A DNA stretch of 64,000 bases from contig NC_042998.1 in the NCBI RefSeq assembly GCF_006345805.1, forward strand, positions 156,860,001 to 156,924,000. The letters run 5' to 3'. This DNA comes from Octopus sinensis. Lineage: Eukaryota. The position numbers and the translations under genes were made by a program. Below, piece by piece: positions 51,064-64,000 of this stretch. Every line of letters starts with the position of its first letter. The stretch's first letter is position 1. The notes below the pieces were generated by a model, which searched no databases, was not told the DNA's origin, and saw only the letters and a program-made list of their open reading frames with translations.

Positions 51064-51717
51064 ATATGTAAAATTTATGTGTGTGTCTTTGTTACCTTCC
51101 TCTCACACAAGTGATGTTTAAATCCCCGTAACTTAAAAGACATAATGGGGGCAATTTATTCAACTAAAACCTGTCAAAATAGTGACTCTGCTTGGCCACA
51201 ATCTAATGGCTGAAACAAGTAAAACATAGAAGAGAAGAATATATGCCTATTTATCATTCCATTCCAATCAGACAAAAGCGGCTTTAGAAATTGAAGAAAG
51301 ATATAAGAAATAAATTTGTGTTGCAAGATTCCTGATGTGAAACCGTGTGTTGAAATAGATATTGTTGTATTTCAGGATGATCAGATATAAGAAATATTAT
51401 ACATTTAGAACTGTAATGGTCTGTTCTATCAATTTTTTCTTTCATCCTTCAGGATAATTGATAAAACACATTAACAGGTATGTATTGAAATATAATCATG
51501 TACAACAAAGAATAGACAACTTTTAGGGCATTGAAGGAGCAACTTAACATCACTATAATATCCATAATCACAATGCTCTATGATGCTTCACCACAAGAGA
51601 TGGTATCATTTCCATAAGATCATTTTCTATTCAAATCTCAGTAGGTAGAGAAAAGTATATCCATTCTTCAAGAAATTGGCCCACTTTTCTTATTATTAAT
51701 AGAGTTAATATTTAATA

Positions 51718-51925
51718 AAGCTGGCAGAATCATTTGCATGCCAGACGAAATGCTTAGCAGCATTTTGTCCATCTTTACATTCTGAGTTCAAATTCCACTG
51801 AAGTTGACCTTGGTATTCATCCTTTCCAGGTCAATAAAATAAGTACCAGTTGAGCACTGGGTTCGATGTAACTGACCAGCCTCATTCCCCAAAATTGCTG
51901 GCCATATGCCAAAATTTGAAACCAA
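51718..51925 (+). mobile_element. MESC/Meta-core SINE
   Basis: gctggcagaatc...ttctgagttcaaattcc...ataaaataagtaccag. Confidence 0.7.
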
Positions 51926-52004
51926 TATTTAATAAACCTCTGTAATGTTACATCAGCAGACACTCACAGCAATAAAAAAACAAAACAAATACATAAAATA
52001 TTAC

Positions 52005-52216
52005 CTCAGGTACATGGAGATGAAGATGAGCATTTTGTAAATAATGTACTTCTGGATGTTTCTCTAGCATGAATGATTTTGAGAAGGTATATGCCAAAGT
52101 GATACTCTCTTTCATCACTTGTCCCAGATGACCAGTCATCTCCAAAGAACCTTGCTCTTTCTCTTTGGTAACCAATGGCCTCTTCAAGCAGGTTTCAATA
52201 TACAAGGTGGATCCAC
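52005..52216 (-). CDS. LONP1: LONP1 exon (start of protease domain)
   Basis: tag|(G)GSTLYIET...MTGHLGQVMKES...HLHLHVPE|gtaat; 212 nt. Confidence 0.95.
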
Positions 52217-53052
52217 CTATAACAAAATAAACAAAGAAATAAAGAAATTTTCAATGTTATTTATCAAATCAAAAGCATAACAAAAATTTAACATCCACCT
52301 CTGGTTGTTTTATCAGCTGGTAAACCTATATATCATCATCATTAATGACCTTTCTCAATAGTGGCATGGGTTGGACAGTCTGACAAGAGCTGGCCAGCTG
52401 GGGGCTGTCCAAACTTGAATTGTCCATTGCATTATGGTTTCTGTGGCTGGATGCCTTTCCTAGCGACAACCACCTTACAGTGTGCTGGGCGCTTTTTTAA
52501 AGCACTGGCCATAAATGCATTTTATGTGGCACTGGCACCTGTAAGTGAGAAATTAGTATGCATGGATGATCCTAATTTTACTTAGCTTGACACATTTTCT
52601 CAAGTACAGCAAATCACCAAAACCCTCAGTCCCTTGTCTTTTCCTCATTGAGGCTAAGGTCTGAAGCCCTTTCTTGCCACTTTGTTCCACGTCTTCCTGA
52701 GTCTATCCCTTCTACAGGTTCCCTCCACAATTACAACTCAGCATTTCTTTATGCAGCTGTCCTTATATATACATATTAGAGGGAAACCACTATGTGGACA
52801 CCCTTATGCTAGAAGTAGATCTGCTATGGTCTTACCACTAAGAAATGTTCTCAAGAAAAATTTAGCAAAACAACCAAGAAGTAATCGAGCAAGACAAAGA
52901 AAAAGCAATAAGAAAAGCAATATATTCATCTGCATATATACTGATATACATTTATATATATTCATGTAAATATATATATATATATATATAATATATATAT
53001 ATATATATCTATATGTATATACATGTATATGCATACATGTGTGTATATATAT

Positions 53053-53092
<40 letters not shown>

Positions 53093-53149
53093 ATGAATAC
53101 ATACATATATATGTATATATATGTATACACAAATATATATATATGTATC

Positions 53150-53430
53150 ACGTGACCGACCAGACCATCATACGTTGCTACACATCGCTGGTCACAATGC
53201 GTTCGCATTGTTTTAGCCTTTGAACGACACCACCCCGCTGGGTAAGTGAGCAGGCCAACAGAAGAAAGAGAGAAAGAGTGGTGAAAGAGTACAGCAGGGA
53301 TCATCACCCCCTGCCGGAGCCTTGTGGAGCTTTTAGGTGTTTTCGCTCAATAAACACACACAATGCCCGGTCTGGGAATCGAAACCGCGATCCTACCACT
53401 GCCCTAACCACTGAGCCATTGCGCCTCCAC
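53150..53430 (-). mobile_element. tRNA-derived SINE (third family)
   Basis: A box tggctcagtgg and B box ggtttcgattcc on the minus strand, flanked by (TA)n. Confidence 0.65.
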
Positions 53431-53497
53431 ATATATATATATATACATGTCTATGTATACATATATATATATATTATATATATATATATATATATAT

Positions 53498-53597
53498 NNN
53501 NNNNNNNNNNNNNNNNNNNNNNNNNNNNNNNNNNNNNNNNNNNNNNNNNNNNNNNNNNNNNNNNNNNNNNNNNNNNNNNNNNNNNNNNNNNNNNNNN
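53498..53597. other. Assembly gap (100 N)
   Basis: N run following a (TA)n microsatellite. Confidence 1.
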
Positions 53598-54169
53598 TAA
53601 ATGTTTTGACAAAGAAAAGAAAAAAAACTGTTGAAATGATAATTTCTGCGTGTATGCATGTGTGGGACTAAAAAGTTTGCTTTCTTAGGTCTTGTATTCA
53701 GTACCAGTGTGCAGCTCCTTTGGCAAGTATCTTCTACTATTAGCTCCAGGCTGACCAAAGCCTTGTGAGTGGAGTTTGGTAGACAGAAACTGAAAGAAGA
53801 TTGTATGTGCATGCATGTGTGTGTGTGTATGTGGGTACGTGTATGCATGCACATATGTGCATGTCCTTGTTTTGACATCATGTGACGAGTGTAAACAAGT
53901 ATCACCATTGTACAAGCAATGTTGTTCATTTTCAGTCTTGGTTGTAGGAAAATATTACCTTGCTGGGAAAAAGCTAAGGGTTGGCAACAGGAAGGGCATC
54001 TAGCTGTAGAAAATTTGTCTCAACTAATTTTGACTAATGCAAGAATAGCAAAGTGTGTTTTAAATGATGATGATGATGAAGAGGATGTGTGTGTGTAGAT
54101 AAATTTATCAGTTAGTAGTTCATAAGTTAGAAGAAAAGCACACTCAATAGAATGGCTATATTTTTATGT

Positions 54170-54900
54170 CATCAAGCATTTTATTACTAGTTTCAGTATG
54201 TAACTGGTTAGAAGGTTGCCATTAGTTTCACGCTAACTATTGCACAATATTGACCGCTCTTTAGACATATTAGCTGGAATTGCATTGCCTCTCATACATT
54301 GGAGGTATACATAGACACTGGGTGGCTTGGTGTTGGTAAAAAGAAATGGAATGAAAACTGAAAAATTATAACATTTTTGTGGGAAGAAGTTATTTCTCAT
54401 GGATTAGTCTAAGCCAAAGGTGAAGTGTGTTGTTCCCTAGTTGCAAAATGGACATGACCATGTTGCTAAAACACATTTCTGCTCATGAGGGCAGCATTCA
54501 AAAGTTTTACTTTATGAGTTTAGGAAAACAGCTGGATTGTTAGAATATTTTAGAATGGTTTTTCCCATCACCAAGCAGAACCTGCATTGTGTGCTTCCAT
54601 TCACATATAGCCCAGGTTCCAGTAACTTTCAGCTGATTTTGTACAGGGCTGCTTCTTCATTTAATTACTATACATAGCAAGCTCTATATATTGTAACACT
54701 GCATCTCTCTTGGAGCCTAAAAGAGAATCAGTAATTATTCAGTCTAGCCTTAAAGGTACCTTCTATTGCCTCGACATATTTCTGTATTTTCGTTTATCAG
54801 TCGTCCCTGTAGCATGTGTTCATTACTCATAAATCAAAATACCTCTCATACATTCAGCATATGCCTTTAAATGTGATGTTATATTATGTGTGGCAACATT
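54170..54900 (-). mobile_element. Penelope-like GIY-YIG C-terminal remnant
   Basis: Decayed KYVEAIEGTFKARLNNY*FSFR and NGSTQCRFCL...FLNS*SKTFECCPH, matching the YIG..F..R..H and CxxC...LN...CxH pattern. Confidence 0.6.
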
Positions 54901-55280
54901 TAAGAGGCTGAGAAGAAAATGTTACTTCTTATACATCATATACGACATAAGGCATTTAGCATATGAAAATATGTAGTGTGGTTGTGAAGATTGTTTTTAA
55001 TATAATAATAAACCGGAATATTTCAATTTGTAGTCGTTACAATCTCCATAGGGCCAGGATATCAGAGCTATATGCTCTTTCATCTAGTCCTTATATCTAG
55101 GTTAATACTCAATTTTGAGAGCATGAAACCTGGTGAGTTCACTTATTTAAGACAGTCTTGTGTTTTAATTCAAAACAATCTTCACAGTAGACTAACTTTG
55201 TTTACATGCCTATACTGAGAAAGTGAAGTGAAAATTTGTGATTATTTTACAACTAAAAATAACTTGAAAACATTACTTAC

Positions 55281-55403
55281 TTTGGACAAATCTACAGTCA
55301 CATCCAAATAATGATCTAAAAAATTGGCATTCTGCTCTGGATCCAACAGTTCAAGAAGTGCAGAGGCTGGGTCACCTTGGAATCCTTTACCAATTTTGTC
55401 GAC
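55281..55403 (-). CDS. LONP1: LONP1 exon (AAA+ domain)
   Basis: cag|[41 protein letters not shown]|gtaagt; 123 nt. Confidence 0.97.
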
Positions 55404-57773
55404 CTGTAAGTGAAAAAGAAAAAGTTAACATTTTAATAAGAACCAAAATAACTACAAAATGTGAGTGTATGTATGCATTGTGTATGTGCATGTGGTAGAT
55501 AACTAAACTAGGTACATATTTCTTTATTAGACTAAACTAGGTACAGTATATATGTCTGCCTGCCCGCCAGCCTATATACATACTTCTCTTGACTGGTACT
55601 TAATTTATTAACTATGAAAAGATGAAAGACAAAGTCAACACACAAACATGTTATCTATCATTTTATGGGTAAATTTGGAAGTGTATGTTTGCTCTCATGC
55701 ACACTTTTATATACAAAATATACAAATATGTGACAAATAAATTATAATAGTCAAGCTGCAGTAGTTGCATTCTCTTTCCACAAAAAACTTCTGATTCTGC
55801 CGCCCATTGGCAATAGAACTTTTTGCCAAGAGTGATTGGTTTCTAATCTTTTATAATTAAGTGTGAAGCTTCATGTGACAATCTTAAGCATTTTTCTAGA
55901 AACAGAATATGCTTTTCAAAAAATTATTTTTAACACAAGCTTCTACCAAGACGGGGAAACTCAGATGCCCTCTCTAGACAAGTGCAAGCCTTATACTTAA
56001 CATTTATATAGTGGAGAAGGTCTTTGCCAGTGTACTACATGGGTGGTCTGGTGGTTGCTAAGAAAACCGGGTGTGATCTAAGTTATGTACAAGGGTGTTA
56101 TAAGCAAGGTGAGACTTTGTACAGAGCTTACCAAGGAATTTTATATGCAGTTATGTGCCCATCAGAGTTCAGGTCTAAGTCTACTCCTGCTTACAGTTTC
56201 CCCTGTCATAACAGTATGAAATCAGCCAAAGAATTAGAGAAAAGTTTGAACTGTGGAAGAGGACTTCTCTAGAACCAAGAAATCTAACTGAATCTATTAG
56301 ACAAAAATCTTAGGAAGAGTTGAGAAGCCTGATACCATTTTGAAAGTGCTTATCATTGATATACAGAAAGAACAGATTGCATTATACAGTATGTACCCAG
56401 TGTAAGCTATGGGTGCCCAAAAGGTACAATGGTATGACAGGTAGGCTGACAAAGAAGGATTTCATATGTTGCAGATGCAAAAACGTAATTAGCAGTAAGA
56501 AAAACCATAAAAAGAAATGTTCAGAAAGTTTGCAAAAAGAACATAAGTTATATGTAAACAAGAAGTGCTGATTACTGACATTTTAACTTTTCATGAAAAC
56601 AGAAGTTTCCAGAAACATTTAATATTAAATCAAATATACAATTTATACTACATTTCCCCATTTTTTTTTACTCAGAATTGGTAAATATTATGCCAATAAC
56701 TGAAAAATGACTTCATTTGTATATGCAGTTAACTGACCCATTTTAAGTAAACTAGATGCTAAATGGTTTGACATTCCAAAAACTTAAGCAATTAAAAAGA
56801 ATTATGTAATTATCTGGTATACACTTAAGTGGAATTGCCAATGGATTCTTTATATAAAATTATTTTGAGCTTATGCATAAGATAAGTTTTGGGGAGTGAT
56901 ATAGTCAATTTAAATGAAGTCAAGGACTTGACTGGTACTTAATTTATTAACCATGAAAAGATGAAAGGCAAAGTCAACTTCACAATGAAAGGAGAAGAAA
57001 TTAAAAATGGTAAGGCAGTTTTTCTGTTACTCTACTAATCTATCAGCCTCCCATGATTATATGAATAAATAATGACATACAGCAAAACCAAAACAGCCAC
57101 AAACTACATCAACAGTTAGTATACACCATTCATAAACATGATATACTCTACTTCCACTATTGTGCACATGTGAACAATAGCAGAGCTATGGAGAAGGTGT
57201 ATTTACTAGACTTGTCCAATCAAGGCAACTACAGAAAAATAAAATTAATGATGATGATGACAGAGAAGGTAATATAAAAATGTTTGCCAATGCATAATGT
57301 ATAATTACCATTTTTAATGTTCATTTTCTTATAGGCTGAATTGTTTTAAACATTATAAGGAATTTACCTATCATCTATCTTCAGTGATTCCAACAGAAGG
57401 TAAACTCTAGAAATTCATATAAATATTTTAGATATTATCAAGTTCAAAGAATCAGACACTAGGGTCATGAGTTCATGTATGGCACTTGAATTTCCTTTAT
57501 TCTAAATGCAAAACATAAATTCTTACTTGCTTCAGTTTTACTTGAGAATAAGCATCAGTTCCATGAGGTAAATTACTTGTAATAGCTTGGTGCCTTCTCC
57601 AAAGAATAACCTGTATTTCATCGATTTAATATGACAAAAACTGGAATTTTGCAAAAGTTTGGGAAATTCTTTCTATTTTACATTTTTCTTTTAGAAGCCA
57701 ATAGGGAAAAAATTCATGGAAAAAAATTTACAGTTGAAAAATAACCCCCACCCCTCTCAACTTAAACTTTTTA

Positions 57774-57893
<120 letters not shown>

Positions 57894-58139
57894 CTATATA
57901 AACAAATTACATACAACAAACTAGTTTATTTCATGTAAGAGAATGAAGATTTGCCATCATTAAGAGAATAACAGAAGATAACAATGAGAGCAAAAGTGAT
58001 TTGACATCCAATTTCATTTTAAAGTTGGTGCATTTCTAAAAATGGTATTTGTGTTTCTTTTTCATATGTAGTAGTCCAGGAATTTGCGTGTGCATGTGTG
58101 TGAGGTGAATTGTCTAACTTACGCAAGAATGAAAATAAC

Positions 58140-59305
58140 ATTGACATCTCATTTTAACAGATATATTTACCAGAATTACATTAAAATATCTTGAAATACT
58201 AAAGAATAAATTTATTCCAATGACTTTGGAATCTCCTGCAACTCTTCTGGATGGTCTCCTTGTTTAAGTTGGTGAATGTTGCCATAATTTTTGTCTTCGA
58301 TTCATCTTTGGTGTTACAAGGAGTTTTGCTGGTCATTTGCTCAACTGCACCCCACACATAATCAAGGGCATTGCAGTCTAGGGAGTTAGATTGCCAGATG
58401 TTAGGGGCAATGTGGTCGCAGAAATTGTCTGACAGCCACTACTGGGTTCTCCTGCTTGTGTGGCATGATGCAGAGTCTTGTTGTCAGACATAGGATCTTA
58501 AACCAGACCAGCACTACCTCCTCCAGGCACTTGATGTAGGCCTCCATGTTGAGTGTAAAACCATGTAGGAAGATGAATGGAGGCATAACGTCGCCATCAC
58601 TAGTGATCATTCCAAACACCATGATATTGACTGGATGTTTGATTTTTATCACTCTCGGTACATGCTTTGGGGATATGGCAAGTCAACAGTTGTCCTGTGT
58701 ATTCACCATCTGATCCATGTTCGGTTGGAGGGGATGCTTGAAGTCTGTTCAAAAGCTTCCTAGTGCGGTCTTTCCTCTTGTCCTTGATAACTTAGGATGA
58801 AAATTAGTCCTTTCTCATGTTGTATGAAGAATACCAAATGTCTTCATGCAATACCTGCCTAGTAAGAAACTCACACACTCCCATGTCCCTGGCAATGGAC
58901 CCGATTGACTTGGAGGGATTGTTGTCAATCATAACCTGGATCTCACCAACAAATTCAGGAGTTCTTTTCTCATCAGAACAATCAGAGTGAGTTTTCCGAG
59001 CTGCAGTACCTTCGTAATCACCATTAAACTCATCCAACTCTTTCTGAATCCTCTGTACTGTCCACAGATTGACACCCAAAGACTCTGAAATGTTCGTATT
59101 GGAGCTTCTGGTGCAAATGCCAAGCAGTACAACATGTCATTTCTAAATTTCTGGCAGAGTGAATTACATCATGGAGCTGTTTTTCTCACAGACAGTGCCT
59201 AACTGACCCTACTATACTGTGTAGTTGACAAAATCAAAAACAAACAATACGCATGTGCAAAATTAAAAATATAAAATGGTGACAATTTACTCATAGCACC
59301 CAGTA
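58140..59305 (-). mobile_element. Tc1/mariner (maT/DD37D-like) transposon remnant
   Basis: HTH-like TVQRIQKEL, SIGSIARDMGV, KHPVNIMVFGMITSDG, W.SNSLDCNALDY. Confidence 0.75.
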
Positions 59306-59493
59306 TATATCAACCATGTGTGTATAAATTAAACAAATATTTGTTTTTTTTACTAGAAGCATAGAAATGTTTATTGTATGATGCAAATAAGATGATATCT
59401 TTCCCAATGCAGAGTTTCCGTTATATTGGGTAAATTACAAGGTGGAAAAATTTGTCAACAACCAGCCATAGGACTTGAACCAATATCCCTTAA

Positions 59494-60578
59494 CCCTTTC
59501 GTTACCAAACCGCCCAAAGCCGCCCGAAAAAAATTTTGGTTAATGTGACCAAACCACCCAAACCTGCCCGTATTTACCTATTCATATTTAAATGAGAATA
59601 TCAGAGTAAATCTCTTTAGTACATTCATGAAAACAAGTGATTATACTTCGTAAACAGTTCATCTACAGTTTTGTACAACGATCGAAGTGTAATTTTAATT
59701 CTGTGAATTTTGGGAGATTTCTTTCCGAAATTTGTTCCTATTGTGTTTTCAAAATTTGTAATTCTGACAAAAAATGGATACGAATTTCATTATATCAAGC
59801 AGCGAGTCAGAATTCGAAGGATTTTCTACTGAAGACCTTGATAAATTTAACTCTATGACTGAAAAAAAAAAGCACGTGGTATTTGATAATGAATCTGATA
59901 TTTCATTTTCCGAAAGTGAAAACAGTGAATCCGAGAGCTCCGACAGCGATAAAGAAAATGAATTGGCACCTGAATGGAGTGAAAATTTAAAAACTGTTTC
60001 TTTCGGTGATTTTTCTGAAGAAACTGGACCAAGCCACAGACTTTCCCAGGAGAGTAAAGCCTTAGACTATTTCTTTTTACTCTTCGAATGAGCCTATTTG
60101 AAATCATTACGGCGGAAACGAACCGTTACGCTAAATGTAAACAAAGCGAAAGAAAGGATAGTTAGTGGTTTCCCATAACCTTAAATGAAATTAAGACTAT
60201 TTTGCCATAAATATTATTATGGGTATCAGAAAGTTACCAGAATAACAAATTCTATCATAAAATTTTGTTGTATACCCAATTGAATATTAGCTAATAACCC
60301 ATTTTCTATAGCGATATTTGAACAAAATTTTAATAATTTTATATTTTGTTGAATTTACCTGTATCTACCAGCAATTAGAGTCACTTTGTGACAAAAATTA
60401 TAGTATAGAACTGGTTGAGAACATTTCATTAAATTATCTTCCAAAAATCACATTAATATATTGATAAATAAAAAAGTTATAGTTGTTTAATGAAACCAGA
60501 CTAAATTTATGATTATGTTAGAAATTAATTGAAACACATAAGGGGTGTATTTTGGTCAGAAATATAGTAACAAAAGGG
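59494..60578 (+). mobile_element. piggyBac internally deleted element
   Basis: TTAA|CCCTTTCGTTAC...GTAACAAAAGGG|TTAA; acidic N-terminal transposase fragment (ALDYFFLLF, ETNRYA). Confidence 0.9.
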
Positions 60579-61574
60579 TTAAAGACTCTGGCTGAGTGCT
60601 TTACCATTAAGCTAAACTGCCCGCTGACAAATTTATTTGCCAAATTAGATGTTAAATAGTTTAGATTTATGGAACATTCATGTGTGTATAAATGTAAACA
60701 ATTTTTTTTTTTTTTTATCAGAAGCATTAAAATGTGTATTGTATGAAAAAGTCTTTGAGAGGTAAGGGTTCGAGTCCCATGGCTGGTTTTTGACAAATTT
60801 TTCTGCCTTGTAAGGGTAATTTATCCAGTATTTCTGTGATTCTAACAGCAGCTCAGTGTTTGAAAAAATATCTATCCAGTGGCACATAAAAAGCACCGAC
60901 TACACTCTTGGAGTGGTTGCTATTAGGAAGGGCATTCAGCATATAGAAACACTGCCAGATCAGATTGGAGCCTTGTAATGCCTCCTGGCTAGCCAGTCCC
61001 CAGTCAAACCATCCAACCCATGCCAGCATGGAAAACGGACATTAAACATTCTAAGCAGCATAATATAGTGCATCAACTATCCAAACAAAGTCATAACAAT
61101 GACAATACTTCATTCCATCTTGCAGAATACACTCACAGGAACACCATGTACAAGTGTCTCACAAAGATGTTTCTGTATACAGCATGTAAATGAAAATATA
61201 TGCTAAATATATGCATACACACTCTCATAACCTCAGAGCCAGAGAAACACTCAACTCAGCCTTTCCAGTCCAGGTTTTAAAGATTTTATGAAATTCTGGC
61301 ATAAGACAAAACAAAACTCTCTTTTATCCTATAGGCCTAAACTAAAGAGAATAAACAAATTATCAAGAATACAGCAGAAGAAAATCAAATGGCCCAATCT
61401 CTAGCAATATAACAGTCTAATATTTTTCAACTCAGATGCAAAGACCAGAAATTTTTGAGGGAAAATACAATCATTAAATCCACTCTGGAACTTAAATAAA
61501 AAGTGATTTTATCAACTCCAGATAGACGGAAGGTATAGACTGAACTTAAAACATAAGAGACATAACTAAATATT

Positions 61575-61782
61575 CTTTTCTACTCTAGGCACGAAATTTT
61601 TGGAGAGGGGCCCAGTCAATTAGATTGACCCCAGTACTCAACTGGTACTTAATTTATCGACCCCCAAAAGGATGAAAGGCAAAGTGGACCTTGGCGGAAT
61701 TTGAACTCAGAACTTAAAGACAGACAAAATACTGCTAAGCATTTCACCTGGTGTGCTAATGTGTCTGCCAGCTCACTGCCTT
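61575..61782 (-). mobile_element. MESC/Meta-core SINE
   Basis: ggtacttaatttatcgacccc.aaaggatgaaaggc...tctgccagctc. Confidence 0.8.
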
Positions 61783-61855
61783 GACATAACTAAATATTGT
61801 AAGATATTAAGCACAACGCTCTAATAGTGGTTATAACAAAGAATTTACTACTTAC

Positions 61856-61911
61856 CGATGACCTTTGATTTCTGCAACATCTGACATTCCACCAACACTA
61901 AATCGGAAATA
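61856..61911 (-). CDS. LONP1: LONP1 exon (AAA+ domain after Walker A)
   Basis: tag|YFRFSVGGMSDVAEIKGH(R)|gtaag; 56 nt, phase matches the next exon. Confidence 0.95.
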
Positions 61912-62139
61912 CTACAAAACATGCGGAAAGAAGATGAAAAAGGAAAAGGATGATTAGAATATAAAAATAAACAAATTCATTAAATTCATGTAATACAAAT
62001 AATTGTATAGAAAATTATGTTGCAGAAATAACATTTTCATACATTTTTCTTTAACATATTAGACATCAACTTTTAGATAAATGCACAGAAAATTGAAAGT
62101 GTGTGAGATGTTGGATAACTATAACACAAATAGATTTAA

Positions 62140-62540
62140 TGTGCACGTAGCTGTGTGGTAAGTGGTTTGCTTACACAACCACATGGTTCTGGGTTCATTT
62201 CCACTGCGTGGCACCTTGGGAAAGTGTCTTCTACTATAGCCTTGGGCCAACCAAAGCCTTGTGAGTGGATTTGGTAGAGGGAAACTGAAGGAAGCCCGTC
62301 ATATATATATATGTATGTGTGTGTATATATTTGTGTTTCTGTGTTTGTCCCCACCAACATTGCTTGACAACCAATGCTGATGTGTTTACGCTCCTGTAAC
62401 TTAGTGGTTCGGCAAAAGAGACCGATAGAATAAGTACTAGGCTTACAAACAATAAGTCCTGAGGTTGATTTGCTCAACTAAAGGTGATGCTCCTGTATGG
62501 CCACAGTCAAATGACTGAAACAAGTAAAAGAGTAAAAAAA
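62140..62540 (+). mobile_element. OR2-like tRNA SINE
   Basis: gctgtgtggtaagt...ggcaccttggg...gtgagtggatttggtag. Confidence 0.8.
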
Positions 62541-62898
62541 AAGAGTATGTGTTTGTATCTATTCAGCCCTGAGGCTGTAACCATGCTGGGGCACTGCATA
62601 GATGATGATGATGAAGATATATGCGGTGCCCCAGCATGGTTACAGCCTTCGGGCTGAAATGTGTAAAATAGTGCCCTAAGTCCAAAACATTATTTTTTCA
62701 GAAAATGAAAAAAATAGTTTCACCATTCCATAGCAAAACCATTGTGATACACTTCGACAATTTTTGATATCTTGGCATCTGAAGCAGCTGGAGATACAAT
62801 AGTTTGACTAAAAGAACTGGTTATTGCAAGGAAAAGTAAATATTGAAAACAATGCATTTGGCCAAATTTGGACATATGACAGTTTAACATAATTGCAA

Positions 62899-62941
<43 letters not shown>

Positions 62942-62942
<1 letters not shown>

Positions 62943-64000
62943 GAGGGGTGTTCAATAAGTAATGCCCCTGACCCACTTCCCATAGCAGTAGAGCAACGAA
63001 ACTTGGCACAGTTATTAGTCTTTTTCTACATAGAAGCCACCTAGAGTTACGCATTTCTCCCATCGTTTGATGCAGCTCTGGAGACCGTTTTTGTAGAAGA
63101 CCCCAGCTTGGTCCTCCAACCACGACGTGACTTCAGAAATGAAGGCTGCATCATCTGGGAAACGCTTTCCTTTCAAAAACAACTTCATGGCTGGGAAGAG
63201 GTGAAAATAAGAGGGTACAAGGTCAAGAGAGTAGGGAGGATGGGGGAGGAGTTCATAGCCGCACGCCTGTGCTTCTGATCTGGTGACACACGAGTTGTGA
63301 ACCGGAGCGTTGTCCTGCAGGAGGAGGATGCCTTTGCTGATCTTGCCCCGCCTCTTGATTTTGATAGCTTCTCTTAATTTCCTCAAAAGTGAAGCATAAT
63401 AGGCTCCTGTAATTGTGGTACCCTTTGCCAGGAAATCTGTCATCACTACTCCGTCCTGGTCCCAGAAGACTGTGAGCATGACCTTGCCAGTGGAGGGCTG
63501 CACCCTTGCCTTCTTTGGAGGAGGTGAGTCACGGTGCTTCCACTGCATTGACTGGGCTTTGGTCTCTGGATCATCGTGATGGACCCAGGTTTCATCCTAT
63601 GTAATCAGTCTTTTGAAAAGTTTTGACTCATCTTCTTGGCACATCTCCAAATTCATCCTTGAGCACTCGACGCGTTCTTGCTTCTGGAACGGTTTGAGCA
63701 ACCTGGGAATCCATCTGGCAGACACCTTTTGCATATGCAAATGGTCATGAATGATAGTTTCCACAGACCCGGTACTAATCTTGACCTCATGGGCTATTTA
63801 GCGAATAGTTATGCGTCGATCTTCCAAAATGGCAGCACCAACTTGACGGACAGATGCCTCATCAATGGCAGAAGGGTGGCGACCAGATCTGGGAGCTGTT
63901 TCCACAGAGTTCTGACCATGTTTGAATTCACGATGCCAGCATTTTACAAGGTCATATGATGGGGCATCATCACCATAAGTTACTTTCATTTCATCAAAAG
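62942..64000 (-). mobile_element. mariner (D,D34D-type) transposon with disrupted transposase, runs off the window
   Basis: TA|CGAGGGG TIR in (TA)n; WHREFK, WIPR, DETWVHH (preceded by a stop), QDNAPVH, HPPYSLDLVPSY. Confidence 0.9.

Noticed and set aside
57368-57610. Two possible cassette/poison exons in a LONP1 intron (57527-57610 open 84 nt; 57368-57406 with stops)
   Set aside because: AG/GT boundaries exist but polypyrimidine tracts are poor and insertion right after Walker B would be disruptive; likely chance without RNA-seq support.
63015-63548. SETMAR-like domesticated gene
   Set aside because: No SET domain, in-frame stop at ~63598, third catalytic Asp altered, TIR retained: ordinary decayed mariner.

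Overview
Eukaryotic, AT-rich, repeat-dense animal DNA, most likely Octopus or another coleoid cephalopod (inferred from the tRNA-derived SINE families and the R4/Dong, RTE and Penelope content). Two host genes lie on the minus strand. (1) A fatty-acid-binding-protein family gene: TATA/Inr, exon 1 at 9254-9329 and exon 2 at 607-779, continuing out of the window. (2) The 3' half of mitochondrial Lon protease LONP1: six exons between 42697 and 61911, with roughly three expected exons missing, probably in the 100-N gap at 53498-53597. Most of the rest is transposable-element debris: two LTR-to-LTR Ty3/gypsy elements, two related solo LTRs, Tx1/L1-like, R4/Dong and RTE LINEs, Penelope remnants, mariner/Tc1, hAT and piggyBac remnants, SINEs and microsatellites. 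The most notable observations are a compact GC-rich gypsy element with a GGGAAAC -1 frameshift site plus H-type pseudoknot, no tRNA PBS and apparently no target-site duplication; a hammerhead-ribozyme-like motif inside an inverted repeat in a LONP1 intron; an identical 222-bp local copy of a decayed LINE segment; and a nested fold-back element. I found no well-supported new multi-gene system. Most ORF-track entries are microsatellite or antisense artefacts. All calls were made by eye without database searches, and TE boundaries without TSDs are approximate.
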